Shown here piece by piece: positions 1 through 12,638 of a stretch of DNA of 64,000 bases (positions are counted from its first letter, which is position 1; the number at the start of each line of letters is the position of its first letter). The stretch is from Mustelus asterias. Taxonomy: Eukaryota. Made by a program: the position numbers and the translations under genes. The notes beneath the pieces were generated by a model. It did not search any database. It was not told where the DNA came from and worked only from the letters and a program-made list of their open reading frames with translations. The DNA is taken from the NCBI RefSeq assembly GCF_964213995.1, contig NC_135808.1, positions 101,370,001 through 101,434,000 on the forward strand, written 5' to 3'.

Positions 1-17
1 TGCAACGTGTTTGTACA

Positions 18-160
18 TAAGAACATAAGAGATAGAAGCAGAAGAAGGCCATTTGGTCCCTCAAGCCTGCTCCATCATTCAATAAGATTATGGCTGACCT
101 GACTGTGGCCTTAACCTCACTTTCCTGCAAGCCCCGTAACACTGACTCCCTGTGGCATAG
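18..160 (-). mobile_element. CR1 LINE 3' UTR fragment
   Basis: Reverse strand shows the CR1-type (tcttatg)n tail and GGCC stem-loop; same 3' UTR type as 7728 and 14155. Confidence 0.7.
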
Positions 161-237
161 AGAATATTCAGTGGTGTAACAGAGCAAATGCTTGTGTATC
201 ACAGCACCGGTTGCAACTTTTGTGGTCTTCACTTTTA

Positions 238-559
238 TCATAGTCATAGAATCCTACAGTGCAGAAGGAGGCCATTCAGCCTGTTGAGTCTACACTGACC
301 ACAATCCCACCCAGGCTCCATCCCCATAACCCCATGTATTTACCCTAGTTAGTCCCCCTGACAATAAGGGGCAATTTAGCATGGCCAATCCACCTAACCC
401 GCACGTCTTTAGACTCTGGGAGGAAACCGGAGCACCTGGAGCAAACCCACGCAGACACGGGGAGGATGTGCAAACTCCACACAGACAGTGACCCAAGCCA
501 GGAATCGAACCTGGGTCCCTGGCGCTTTGATGCAGCAGTGCTAACCACGGTGCCACCGT
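238..559 (-). mobile_element. HE1-type V-SINE (tRNA-derived)
   Basis: Minus strand: tRNA-like A/B boxes (GTGGTTAGCAC..GGTTCGATTCC), V-domain TGTGTGGAGTTTGCAC..GTCTGCGTGGGTT, CR1-like tail ending TCTATGA. Confidence 0.9.
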
Positions 560-2239
560 TTGATGAATTGTTGCAGATTGGTTATATTCTACGGCCTTAA
601 ATTGATGAAGCTCTCCACTGATGCTGAAAATTCACAGCCTATTTTGACTCGCCCCACATATGGCCATCAACGTAAAAAGGAGCTGGGCCCAGGGTCAGAA
701 CTCCCTACGTGAGGAGATCCCGCTTTCCTAGAGTTCAGTGGGATTTTTACAAAAGCAAGGCCAATGGGAGCATTTTCCTGGTTTTCATGATGGAGGGAGT
801 CTGATAATCGTCTGGCCCAGCAATCTTCAGCTGCCTTTCCGGCTTCTTCACCATCAGATGCCCAAATTGGCTGTCTAATGGGAAGTGTTCCCCTGATCTT
901 GGAAAGTTTTCCAGAGGCAGTGGCTAAGACTTCCAGTAAGTTGTTTTCGGTAGATACACCTCATCATAGATTTTGGGACAATTATTTCAATTGTTGCACA
1001 GTAAATTTGTACAATGCATTGACCATATTCCCACCTGAACTGAATTTTGTTCATTTTTTCTGAAAGGTGCAGAAAGTGAAATTCTCTACCGGCCTCCCCC
1101 TGGCTCACCTAGTGGCTTGGAGCTCAAGGAAGCTCTTGAAATTGGTAAGATTGAAAAGCAACTAAAAATACTCCATCATCATTATTATTTGGAAAGAGTT
1201 GAACTGATGTATTCTATGTTAAATGGTTTCCTTTTCCTCTCCAACACTCCTGCTCAGATACAGTTCTACCCGGGCTAGACATCCTCTGTTAACTTGTCCA
1301 AGTGTCTCTCTTTCATGTTTGGAACTGGGTGCTGTAACCTGATATTTGCACTCGCCTACTTTATTGGTGGAACACAATGGTAATCAGAGGCAGAAAAGCT
1401 CCCCTGTATCCCTCCTGCAACCAAGTGTAGCACCCAATTCTGGCTAATGTCTTACTCTGTACAGAATGGGAATCGAGGCTGGTCTAAATGCTCAGTGATA
1501 TGTTGGCGATGCTTTAGTCTGGGCCGTTGGATGGATTTTATTGGAATATAATTTGTGTTTCAATGAGTGTTTCTGCAGTAAAGAAACTATAAAGATCCTG
1601 ATTATTTTGGTCATGATGAAATACAATGTCTTAACTAAATATATTCACAAGGATCTCTTTTAGTGTTTGCTAATTAAGCAGGAGTGGGTAGAATTTCCAC
1701 TGGGGCTTCTGCTGTTCGCCTACTGTGGCTTCAGCAGAATTTCTTGAGGAAAAGCTATGGCTGTTTGGGTTTCTGCCAAAGTTATTCTGGAGATTGGGAG
1801 AATCGGAGGTAACTAAACCCTATAGCCTTTATTATTTATTACTGCTCATGTGTTTGTGGTAAATACTACTTTATCCCCACTGTTATTTATTTGACAAGGA
1901 ATTTGACAGCTTGCTTTTGTACTGTATGCTTATTTGTTCGATGTAGAAGAGTGGCCTACATGACGATTGCCATTGTCTTGAATCTGAGCACTGTCGCTGT
2001 GTTTCTTGCCAGCTCACTCCTGCTGATCTACAGAGAGTTGAGAACCAGCTGAGTGATGAAAGTAATAGATTATAATCGTAATACAATCCGTTTTAAAATA
2101 AAAATTGCTCCCTTTATAGGAATTCCAAGTGCAGTTTGTAAACTGGAAGTCACTTTTGCAAGAGCTTCAGAAATGAATCCATGAAAATGATACATTATGG
2201 CTTCAGAGTCTCACTCTGGGATATGATCACATATATTAG

Positions 2240-2522
2240 TTTGACATTTCATTTCCGTATTGAGAGAGTGCTGCTTTGTTGGAATTACTGCCCTTCTGAT
2301 GCTGTAAATGGTCCATGAATTACGTGTTCTGCAGCTAAACGTAAATTTTAAAGGTCCCACTGTACCGTTGGAAGAAGATTAGGGAACCACTTTGTATCTT
2401 GGCCAACATTTTACTCTCAGTCAATAGCACAAAACATGTGCTTGTTGTCGATGCTACCGTGGTTTGTGAGATCTTGCTGTGTGACAATTAGTTACAAAAG
2501 TGGCTGCAGTTCCAAAAATACT
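2240..2522 (+). mobile_element. Degenerate DeuSINE (SacSINE1-like) fragment
   Basis: Diverged match to the better preserved copy at 54100-55315 (GAAGAAGA..GGCCAACATTT..TTTGTGAGATCTTGCTGTGTG). Confidence 0.55.
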
Positions 2523-2525
2523 CTG

Positions 2526-2655
2526 GGCTCTGAGAAGGGTCAGCCAGCCTGGAAACGTTGGCTCTATTCTTTTGCCACAGATGCTGTCAGACCTGCTGAG
2601 ATTTTCCAGCATTTTCTGTTTTTCTTTCAGATTCCAGGATCTGCATATTTTGCCA
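2526..2655 (+). mobile_element. Penelope family B pLTR 3' end with decayed hammerhead
   Basis: CTGAGAAGGGTCA..GAAACGTTG followed by CAGATGCTGTCAGACCTGCTGAGATTTTCCAGCATTTTC, shared with 26420, 57007 and 60925. Confidence 0.7.
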
Positions 2656-3045
2656 TCATCCAAAAGTACTTTATTGTAAATGAAAACATGCTTTGGCACC
2701 ACATACATGTAGCCTTTATTTTCAAGGACAGCAATGCTCCATACTTGGCCTGGTGTGTACCGACACTTGCCCTGCTAAAAGCTTACAGATTTTTCATCCT
2801 TATTCTGTTAGGAAAGTGAGACAGGTTTCGGCGTCATTGTCCTAATTCCAGCTATTAGAGACCTCCTCCTCGACATTGCAATAGATGTGGGCTGCAGAAT
2901 CTGACCTGTTTACATGGGGAAGATTTCAGAGCGCTGTTAACAACTGAAAATCAATGATACAATTCTTCACCAAAAAATGTGCAATTGTAATTGTTATTTT
3001 CTATTCCCAGACTTTTTCCCAATTAGGGTTAGATCTTTACAGATT

Positions 3046-3739
3046 AGAACAAAGAACAAAGAACAGTACAGCACAGGAAACAGGCCCTTCGGCCCTCCAA
3101 GCCTGTGCCACTCCTTGGTCCAACTAGACCAATCGTTTGTATCACTCCATTCCCAGGCTGCTCATGTGACTATCCAGGTAAGTCTTAAACGATGTCAGCG
3201 TGCCTGCCTCCACCACCCTACTTGGCAGCGCATTCCAGGCCCCCACCACCCTCTGTGTAAAAAGCATCTCTCTAATATCTGAGTTATACTTCGCCCCTCT
3301 CACCTTGAGCCCGTGACCCCTCGTGAACGTCACTTCTGATCTGGGAAAAAACTTCCCACCGTTCACCCTATCTATCCCCTTCATAATCTTGTACACCTCT
3401 ATTAGATCTCCCCTCATTCTCCGTCTTTCCAGGGAGAACAACCCCAGTTTACCCAATCTCTCCTCATAGCTAAGACCCTCCATACCAGGCAACATCCTGG
3501 TAAACCTTCTCTGCACTCTCTCCAATGCCTCCACGTCCTTCTGGTAGTGCGGCGACCAGAACTGGACGCAGTACTCCAAATGTGGCCTAACCAGCGTTCT
3601 ATACAGCTGCATCATCAGACTCCAGCTTTTATACTCTATACCCCGTCCTATAAAGGCAAACATACCATATGCCTTCTTCACCACCTTCTCCACCTGTGTT
3701 GCCACCTTCAAGGATTTGTGGACTTGCACACCTAGGTCC
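3046..3739 (-). mobile_element. 5'-truncated CR1 LINE (ORF2 C-terminus plus 3' UTR)
   Basis: ORF 3142-3753 LYRTLVRPHLEYCVQFWSP..LFSLERRRMRGDLIEVYK; tail (ttctttg)n; same subfamily as 50569-51163. Confidence 0.95.
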
Positions 3740-4290
3740 ATTGCTGATGTCAAGACCTTATCGTTACCTATAAGAATGGGCTGGCTTCATACATGCTTAG
3801 AGAAATAGCACTGGTATTTACATCGTACTTCTTGCCATCTTAGGGTCATGGCGGGCAGCAATGCTGTCTGATTTATATTGCGCTGCCACTACAGTTTGAT
3901 GTTGCTGTGATATAGCAATTGAATAAAGTCTTTCCTTAGATTGCTGAAAGCTGAACTGTCTTCTTGGAGATGTCCTCAGCTGAATAAGCCAATTGAATGT
4001 GTTAATGTGAGTTCTGTCATAAATTGGACAATTTGCGCTTTTTTATATGTAAAAAAAACCCCATTTGATTGTTTCTGATCACTTAGAGAGAGAATTGTTA
4101 GTTTTTGATCAATTAGTCAGTCTACAGACTCGTATGAATGGCAGGCGCTGTGTTGTGCAGGATCGGACTCTCTAAGTTGTTATCTTCCATTAACTTTCCA
4201 ATCATGAATTGTTGTCATGGCTACAGTAGCCTTTTGAAGAGAAACTAAGTCAGTAATTGTGCCTTTTTGGGGCCAGGAACTTCTATGCAC

Positions 4291-4622
4291 GGGTAGCATG
4301 GTGGCACAGTGGTTAGCACTGCTGCCTCATAGCTCCAGGGACCTAGGTTTAATTCCCGGCTTGGGTGACTGTGTACAGTTTGCATGTTTTCCCCGTGTCT
4401 GCGTAGGTTTCCTCCAGGTGCTCCGGTTTCCTCCCACAGTCCAAAGACGTGTGGGTTAGGTGTGTTGGCTGTGCTAAATTGCCCCTTAGTGTCCCAGGAT
4501 GCATAGGTTAGAAGGATTAGTGGGGTAAATGTGTGGGGTTGCGGGGATATGGCCTGGGTGGGATTGTTGTCGGTACAGACTCAATGGGCCGAATGGCCTC
4601 CTTTTGCCCTGTAGGGTTTCAA
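4291..4622 (+). mobile_element. HE1-type V-SINE
   Basis: tRNA head, V-domain, GGGCCGAATGGCCTCC tail. Confidence 0.9.
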
Positions 4623-5639
4623 TTATTTATTTGATTACTAGGCACAGGTTCGCTCGAAACACCTCAGTACAAATTCAGTTTAGTCACAGAGAAGCACAGA
4701 GGAGCACCCACTCTCCCAGTGGTATCTCCCTGTTAATGTCGAACTTAACTTAACAAGTGGTGATGCAACTCACGCTGAACCCTACGTCTTCTTCAGTCTC
4801 AGCTGAGAATATGTACCACTGTAGAGTTTCCCAGAACCCATTCCTCAAGGTGGAAGTATTTGGTTAAATCAACGCTACTCCATTGAGATTGCACATATGA
4901 CATACCCCAAATATAAACACGCATTGTTGTCATGAACATCAAAGGATTCCGGTCCCTACATCTTCAGCTCACTTGTGAAGCTTTTTGTGTGATGATTCAC
5001 AACATGCTGAGTTCACTCGTGTTTCAGAGGGAATTAACATTATATACGCATGAAAACACCAATCTGAATTGAGTAAGCCAGTATATGCTTAACAAAAAAA
5101 GTGCACGTCTGGATAGATTGAGGGTGTCTTGCAGTTTGTGCCCAGCACCATCTCGTAATTTATGCTAACGCATTGTGTGTGTCACCATATTGCGTAGAAG
5201 TACATTGATTTTTACAGCACAGAAACTGACTATTTGATCCAACAGGCCTGTACTGTATTGATGTGCCATATGAGCCATAATTGCCTGCGTCAATAATGCC
5301 TTGTTACACTGCTTGAAAACAGACAGATGGAATATTTCAAATAAACTGGGATTATAGTCAGCGAAGGATTTATGGTCCGTGCCCGCAAGAATGCCAGAGA
5401 GTCTGAGCAGCAGTTTCTTTAGTTGACGCCTAGACCTTTGAAGTGTTGATGCTTAGACGTAAGTGTAACATTCTCAATACAGACCATAAGAAGAAGTGCT
5501 TAATATTGTGAGAGTCTAAACAAATGAGATCCAGCAAAGCAAATGTCAGTCTTTTGGCCATTTGTGCAGAGCTGAAAAGCTGCAGAGGTCTCTTCTAGAG
5601 AGCAAAGTGTGCAACTGCTAGATTGGTGGGAATGTGGTT

Positions 5640-5875
5640 GTGTTGGCTCTCTGACTACCTGCCAAAGGTTTAATCTGGCAACGATGTCCTTCAGGAGGCT
5701 GCCATCTCTGTCAGTAATGGTGAAATGCTAAACCACTCTTGGTGATGGCCATTGAAGTTCCACATCCACGGTACATCTTACGCCCTTGCCACCCTCAATG
5801 CTTCTTGCAAGTGATGTTTAACATGGAGGAGCATTGATTCATGAGCTGAGGGAAAGCAGCACGAGGTAATCAGCA
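5640..5875 (-). pseudogene. Old CR1/L2-group LINE, AP-endonuclease remnant (continues at 7568-7725)
   Basis: Minus translation LITSCCFPSAHESMLLHVKHHLQEALRVARA*DVPWMWNFNGHHQEW resembles the YRPP..GDFN region of a LINE APE. Confidence 0.7.
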
Positions 5876-7567
5876 TACTTTACCTCGGTATTCACGGTGG
5901 AAAGGGATCTGGGTGGTTGTACTGCTGGTTTGCGGTGGACAGAAAGGATCGAGCATGTGGACATAAAGAAAGAGGATGTGTTGGAACTATTGAATGGCAT
6001 CAAGGTTGGTAAGTCGCCGGGACCGGATGGGATGTACCCCAGGTTACTGTGGGAGGCGAGGGAGGAGATTGCGGAGCCTTTGGCGATGATCTTTGCATCG
6101 TCGATGGAGACGGGAGAGGTTCCGGAGGATTGGAGGATTGCAGATGTGGTCCCTATATTCAAGAAAGGGAACAGGGACAGCCCGGGAAATTACCGACTGG
6201 TGAGTCTAACCTCAGTGGTTGGTAAGTTGATGGAGAGGATCCTGAGAGACAGGATTTATGATCATCTAGAGAAGTTTAGTATGATCAAAAGTAGTCAGCA
6301 CGGCTTTGTCAAGGGCAGGTCGTGCCTTACGAGCCTGGTTGAGTTCTTTGAAAATGTGACCAAACACATTGACGAAGGAAGAGCGGTGGATGTGGTCTAT
6401 ATGGACTTCAGCAAGGCGTTCGATAAGGTCCCCCATGCAAGACTTCTTGAGAAAGTGAGAGGGCATGGGATCCAAGGGGCTGTTGCCTTGTGGATCCAGA
6501 ACTGGCTTGCCTGCAGAAGGCAGAGAGTGGCTGTGGAGGGGTCTTTCTCTGCATGGAGGTCAGTGACCAGTGGAGTGCCCCAGGGATCTGTTCTGGGACC
6601 CTTGCTGTTTGTCATTTTCATAAATGACCTGGATGAGGAAGTGGAGGGATGGGTTGGTAAGTTTGCTGACGACACCAAGGTAGGTGGTGTTGTGGATAGT
6701 TTGGAGGGATGTCAGAAGTTGCAGCGAGACATAGATAGAATGCAAGACTGGGCGGAGAAGTGGCAGATGGACTTCAACCCGGATAAGTGTGTAGTGATCC
6801 ATTTTGGCAGATCCAATGGGATGAAGCAGCAGTATAATATGAAGGGTACCATTCTTAGCAGTGTAGAGGATCAGAAGGACCTTGGGGTCCGGGTCCATAG
6901 GACTCTTAAATCGGCCTCGCAGGTGGAGGATGCGGTCAAGAAGGCGTACGGAGTACTAGCCTTCATTAATCGAGGGATTGAGTTTAGGAGTCGGGAGATA
7001 ATGCTGCAGCTTTATAGGACCCTGGTTAGACCCCACTTGGAGTACTGCGCGCAGTTCTGGTCACCTCATTACAGGAAAGATGTTGAAGCCATTGAAAGGG
7101 TGCAGAGGAGATTTACAAGGATGTTGCCTGGATTGGGGGGCATGCCTTATGAGGATAGGTTGAGGGAGCTTGGTCTCTTCTCCCTGGAGAGACGAAGGAT
7201 GAGAGGTGACCTGATAGAGGTTTACAAGATGTTGAGAGGTCTGGATAGGGTAGACTCTCAGAGGCTATTTCCAAGGGCTGAAATGGTTGCTACGAGAGGA
7301 CACAGGTTTAAGGTGCTGGGGGGTAGGTACAGAGGAGATGTCAGGGGTAAGTTTTTCACTCAGAGGGTGGTGGGTGAGTGGAATCGGCTGACGTCGGTGG
7401 TGGTGGAGGCAAACTCGTTGGGGTCTTTTAAGAGACTTCTGGATGAGTACATGGGATTTAATGGGATTGAGGGCTATAGATAGGCCTAGAGGTGGGGATA
7501 TGATCGGCGCAACTTGTGGGCCGAAGGGCCTGTTTGTGCTGTGGCTTTCTATGTTCTATGTTCTATG
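5876..7567 (+). mobile_element. Young 5'-truncated CR1 LINE
   Basis: Starts at YFTSVFT, has an uninterrupted RT ORF, GGGCCGAAGGGCC hairpin and (ttctatg)3 tail. Confidence 0.97.
5897..7483 (+). CDS. CR1 ORF2 reverse transcriptase and C-terminal domain (partial, no endonuclease)
   Basis: 528 aa open: [55 protein letters not shown]. Confidence 0.93.
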   Translation: MERDLGGCTAGLRWTERIEHVDIKKEDVLELLNGIKVGKSPGPDGMYPRLLWEAREEIAEPLAMIFASSMETGEVPEDWRIADVVPIFKKGNRDSPGNYRLVSLTSVVGKLMERILRDRIYDHLEKFSMIKSSQHGFVKGRSCLTSLVEFFENVTKHIDEGRAVDVVYMDFSKAFDKVPHARLLEKVRGHGIQGAVALWIQNWLACRRQRVAVEGSFSAWRSVTSGVPQGSVLGPLLFVIFINDLDEEVEGWVGKFADDTKVGGVVDSLEGCQKLQRDIDRMQDWAEKWQMDFNPDKCVVIHFGRSNGMKQQYNMKGTILSSVEDQKDLGVRVHRTLKSASQVEDAVKKAYGVLAFINRGIEFRSREIMLQLYRTLVRPHLEYCAQFWSPHYRKDVEAIERVQRRFTRMLPGLGGMPYEDRLRELGLFSLERRRMRGDLIEVYKMLRGLDRVDSQRLFPRAEMVATRGHRFKVLGGRYRGDVRGKFFTQRVVGEWNRLTSVVVEANSLGSFKRLLDEYMGFNGIEGYR

Positions 7568-7725
7568 TTTCCTTGCCCATGTTTGACCTGATGCCATGAG
7601 ACTTTGAGTTCTGGAGGCAGTATTTAGGATTCACAGGGCAACCCCTTTGGATTACATTTCTCGCACTGTCTTGCCATCTTAGCGTTCTGTCCTGCCCATG
7701 GGCTTACCCAGGGATGTGAAGGAGA
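7568..7725 (-). pseudogene. Old CR1/L2-group LINE APE remnant (N-terminal side of 5640-5875)
   Basis: Minus translation VSWHQVKHGQGN lines up with LIT.. on the other side of the CR1 insertion. Confidence 0.65.
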
Positions 7726-7727
7726 AG

Positions 7728-9244
7728 TAAGACCATAAGACATAGGAGCAGAATTAGGCCCCATCGAGTCTGCTCCGCCATTCAATCATGGTTGATATTT
7801 TTCTCATCCCCATTCTCCTGCCTTTTCCCTTAACCCCTGACCCCCTTATTAATCAAAAACCTATCTATCTCTGTCTTAAGGACACTCAATGACTTGGCCT
7901 CCACAGCCTTCTGCGGGCAAAGAGTTCCACAAATTCACCAGTCTCTGGCTGAAAAAATTCCTCCTTATCTGTTTTAATGGATTGTCTCTTTAGCCTGAGG
8001 TTGTGCCCTCTGGTTCAAGTTTTTCCAACTAGTGGAAACATCCTCTCCACGTCCACTCTATCCAGGCCTCGCAGTATCCTGTAAGTTTCAATAAGATCCC
8101 CCCTCATCCTTCTAAACTCCAACGAGTACAGACCCAGAGTCCTCAACCGTTCCTCATACGACAAGCTCTTCATTCCAGGGATCATTCTTGTGAACCTCCT
8201 CTGGACCCTTTCCAAGGCCAGCACATCCTTCCTTGGATGTGGGGCCCATAACTGCTCACAATTCTCCAAATGGGGTCTGACCAGAACCTTGAACAGCCTC
8301 AGAAGTACATCCCTGCTCTTGTATTCTAGCCCTCTCGACATGAATGCTAACATTGCATTTGCCTTCCTAACTGCCAACTGAACCTGCACGTTAACCTTAA
8401 GAGAATCTTGAACAATGATTCCCAAGTCCCTTTGTGTTTCTGATTTCCTAAGCATTTTCCCATTTAGAAAATGGTCTATGCCTCCATTCCTCCTTCCAAA
8501 GTGCATAACCTCACACTTTTCCACATTGTATTCCATATGCCACTTCTTTGCCCACTCTCCTAACCTGTCCAAGTCCTTCTGCAGCCCCCCTGCTTCCTCA
8601 ATACTACCTGACCCTCTACATATCTTTGTATCATCTGCAAACTTAGCAACAGTGCCTTCAGTTCCTTCCTCCAAATCGTGAATGTATATTGTGAAAAGTT
8701 GTGGTTCCAGCACTGACCCCTGAGGCACACCACTAGTCACCGGCTGCCATCCTGAAAAAGACCCTTTAACCCCACTCTCTGCCTTCTGCCAGCCAGCCAA
8801 TCCTCTATCCATGCCAGGATCTTACCCTTAACACCATGGGCACTTATTTAACAGTCTCCTTTGCGGCACCTTATCAAAGGCCTTCTGGAAATCTAAATAA
8901 ATCACGTCCATTGGTTCTCCTTTATCTAACTTCTTTGTTATCTCCTCAAAGAACTCTAACAGATTTGTCAGACACGACCTCCCCTTGCAAAGCCATGCTC
9001 ACTCAGTCCTATTTTATCATGCACTTCTAAGTACTCATCTTTAATAATGGACTCTAAAATCTTTCCAATGACCAAAGTCAGGTTAACCGGCTTATAATTT
9101 CCCGTCTGCTGTCTCCCTCCCTTCTTAAACAGCGGCGTTACATTAGCTACTTTCCAGTCCTCCGGTACCCTCCCTCCCGTGATTCCTGAAAGATCACCAT
9201 CAATGCCTCCACAATTTCCTCAGCTATCTCTTTTTGAACCCTGG
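7728..9244 (-). mobile_element. Degenerate CR1 LINE (RT to 3' tail)
   Basis: ORF 8015-8812 [14 protein letters not shown]..; frameshifted upstream RT; (tcttatg)n tail. Confidence 0.93.
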
Positions 9245-9271
9245 AAGTCTGGAACATTGGCTAAAATGTCT

Positions 9272-9428
9272 GATTTGAAGAGTATGTCCAAGCAAGTGCA
9301 GCAGGCGGTGAAGAAGGCAAATGATATGTTGGCCTTCATAGTGAGAGGATTCGAATACAGGAGCGGGGATATCTTGCTCCAATTATACAGGACCTTGTAT
9401 ACCACACCTGGAATGTTGTGTGCAGTTT
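9272..9428 (+). mobile_element. Short CR1 internal fragment
   Basis: KQVQQAVKKANDMLAFIVRGFEYRS. Confidence 0.8.
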
Positions 9429-9794
9429 ACCATTTACCACCTGTCCTGGGAATTACCATTCAGAACCTCTATATGTCCGATGCTGGTAAAGGGATCGAAG
9501 AAGCTGTTGAATAAGGAAAAGGTATTCATCCTCATGTACCCTTTGAAACCAATGTAATTCCCACATCTCCATCCCTGTCTGGCAGGTCAGTGTTGAACGC
9601 AATCATTAGTTTTCCTTCCTCACGTATTCTTAAATGATGGTGTTTGCAAACTCTGCTCTGGTGGCCTGTCCATCCTTGTTGAAGTGCACCACCTCTGCCC
9701 CATGAACAGGATTTTTAATCAGCTGCGGCAGTCCCCAGATCTGCATTTGTGGTATGAGTGGTAGGAATGTTAAGAGTAAGCAGTTATGTGATAC

Positions 9795-10330
9795 ATCTGT
9801 CTACATCACTGGAGATGAAGTAGAAATGGTCAATAGCTTTAAGTTTTTTAGTTGTCCAAATCACCAACATCCCATCTTGGTCCCCCCATGCTGACACTAG
9901 AAAGCCCACCAACACCTCTACTTTCTCAGAAGACTAAGGAAATTTGGCATGTCTGAAGCCCAGTCTATCACGCAAACCAGCCTCCCATCCATTCACACTG
10001 TCTACACTTCCTACTGCCTCGGAAAAGCAGCCAGCATAATCAAGGACTCCACGTACACCGGACATACTCTCTTCCACCATCTTCCGTCGGGAAAAAGATA
10101 CAAAAGTCTGAGGTCACGTACCAACTGACTGAAGAACAGCTTCTTCCCTGCTGCCATCAGACATTTGAATGGACCTACCTTGTATTAAGTTGATCTTTCT
10201 CTACAGCCTAGCTATGACTGTAACACTACATTCTGCAGTCTCTCATTTACTTCTCTATGAACAGTATACTTTGTCTGTATGGCCCTCAAGAAACAATACT
10301 TTTTACTGTATACTGATACATTTATGTGTA
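9795..10330 (+). mobile_element. Rex1/Babar-like LINE 3' fragment
   Basis: Decayed GDEVEMVNSFKF, KAHQHLYFLRRLRKFGMS, RTN*LKNSFFPAAIR motifs; matches 63300-63990. Confidence 0.75.
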
Positions 10331-11607
10331 TTGTAGGGTACGAGATACTCAATAAGAGCGCTGCCAGTGACCTTGTTCCAGGGACAAGGAAAACGGTGCC
10401 ACATGATATCCTAAATGGCAATGTTTAGCTGCCATTATAGTGACCGCCAGATTGCTTGTCCTGTTATTCACCTAAAAACATGCAAGCCTTGTAAGATTAT
10501 TAAACTTCTTCAGAGACAGCAAGGGACGTTTGGGGCTACAGAGGTCTGACATCTGCAGCCTCTTCCTTCCACATGATCTTTACTGCTACATGTGATGGCC
10601 TCTTCACTACAGTTCCAGTGGAGCCATCTGTAAGCTAGGCCAGCAGAACCTTCACATCAGCTTCAGAGAAGTTTCCCTTTGTAGCATCAATCATTTCAAC
10701 ACCTCTTCCAATAGTTTGCTCGGCCTATTGACTGCATGCAGCTCATTAACTACAAATTGTGCTCGTGTGCTGCTCTCGCTAAGTTTCCCAGACTCCCATG
10801 GCACACTTTTTCCCACTGAGATTCCTGCCCTTATGCTGCCAATATAATTTAATTCGATGAGCCAGAGACAGTGATGAAGGGGAGTTGGTGACCGTAGAAT
10901 TGGAACGGAAGGCCAGGGGCGTGAGTGCCTGGTCACAATTCAGCCAATGGCAGCGGAGATTCAGAATGGTTTTTATCGCCTATGGACCAATTAAGGCCCT
11001 TAAGTGGCCACCTAAGTTAAGAGCCTCTTTCTGCCACCATTGATATTTTACCAGCATGGGAGACCCTCTACCATGTGGAAAACCACCCAGTAAAAGCTGG
11101 AGGGGCTTCCCTGCGGGGTTGGGAGAGATGCCCTCCTCATTGACACCCGTAACCCATCCCCCCCCCCCCACACACACACACACACAACAGTTCCCCGCAC
11201 CAGGAGTTGTCCAATTGGCTTGATGAGCCCAATCCCAGTTCCCTGGTTTTCCAGGACAGTGTACACTATGCTGCTGCAGGCTGCTTGCAGTTGGTTCTAC
11301 TGGGACAGAAGAGCTGACAGCCCTCCAACTGGCGATCAGCTCCAGGAGGTGGGATTTCTAACCTTAAAGGTTCCAGAGCCCTGGTGCCAGGAAGTGAATT
11401 GTCTGATGGGTACTCAATCACGTTGGGACTCTGGGAAATGGGCAATGCCGTGTGGTCCACTTGGTGGGGCCACCGCCATCTGCTTTAAATTCAGCCATAC
11501 TTTATAAAACTTTCAACTTGCAAGATAAAGCTCAAGGTAACGTTCTGGTACCAAAGGGCGTGCACAACCTGGATTGTTAACATTCACTGAAGGCTTTCTT
11601 GTAAATG

Positions 11608-11806
11608 AGGCGGAGATGCCAGCGTTGGACTGGGGTGGGCACAGTAAGAAGTCTCACAACACCAGGTTAAAGTCCAACAGGTTTATTTGGAATTACGAGC
11701 TTTCAGAGCACTGCTCTTTTATCAGATGTGTGAGCAGGGCTCCAAAAACCCATGATTCCAAATAAACCTGTTGGACTTTAACTTGGCATTGTGAGACTTC
11801 TTACTG
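11608..11806. mobile_element. Penelope family A hairpin mini-element (inverted pLTR ends plus tail)
   Basis: Arms ACAGTAAGAAGTCTCACAAC..GTTTATTTGG and their reverse complement; TSD tttcttg(t/c)aaatg at 11595-11607 and 11807-11819. Confidence 0.85.
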
Positions 11807-12484
11807 TTTCTTGCAAATGGAATAACTTTGTTCTAGCTGCTGAAAAAGAGAGGATTGCTATAGTGAGCTATCAATTATAAATCCGTTATCTTGTACTCCA
11901 TTATAGGCCTAGTTTGTTATATTTTAGTACTTACCTGATCTGGTAAATAATGAATTTGATTTGTTAGTTTAGATTGTCAAGTCTCAGCCCTGCGTGTAAT
12001 ATCTATTCGAACAGACTGAGGATGTAGTGAGAAACCTACACAAATTCCAATCTGCAATTTATCACAATTCAGATAATTATTGATCCCAAAATCTATTCAC
12101 TCATAGGACATTGAATGAAAAGATGTAGTTCTCAGACTATAAGAGACACCTCTGCTCACAGAAACCCATCACAGCCTTTAATTAGAAAGATAATTCCAAA
12201 CCCTAGCCCAGCACACTGTAAAGAAAGGTGTAAGATTGGAAGAGCCACTCGGATTTTCCTGGCTGGAACTCTAACGTAGTCTTCTTTGAAATGATAAATC
12301 TCAATGTCAAGACAGGAAACTCGATCATCTCTGTGTACTGACATGAGGTGCAACACAGAGTGGAGGCAAGGAACACTTATAAATGGGTAAAACAGTAAAA
12401 TAATTCTCCCCTCAGTACAGCATTCTATCACCAGATTTTTTTTTAAAATGCAAACCGCAGAAGGAGTGAAATGGGAATGAATAC

Positions 12485-12638
12485 TGTTGTATTATTTCCT
12501 TCTAGATTAACGAAGACTTGTTGCTTCAACCTGCATCTACTAACCAACAGTGCAAGAGAACTCAATCATATGATAGTGCATCACTCCCCGTGATGGCATA
12601 CATATTAGCATAAACATGACAAATGCACTATCATAATA
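12485..12638 (-). repeat. Gypsy 3' LTR
   Basis: Aligns with 18982-19164 (CTTGTTGCTTCA..TGCAAGAGAACTC..TTAGCATAAACATG); adjacent PPT AGGGAAGGGGA on minus strand at 12640-12650. Confidence 0.8.

Noticed and set aside
290-556. Recurrent MAQWLALLPHS.. ORFs across the window
   Set aside because: Translations of HE1 SINE heads, not a protein family.
3940-4006. Possible 67-nt exon (tttccttag / gtgagt, one frame open)
   Set aside because: Peptide LLKAELSSWRCPQLNKPIECVN is unrecognisable and no partner exons were found; such site pairs arise by chance.
9245-9428. Possible 5' inversion of the CR1 at 7728-9244
   Set aside because: The plus fragment covers a region already present in the minus copy and has a different subfamily sequence, so it is an independent insertion.
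11641-11806. Hairpins as pre-miRNA or CRISPR-like repeats
   Set aside because: The arms are Penelope pLTR ends with TSDs; there is no repeat-spacer periodicity anywhere in the window.
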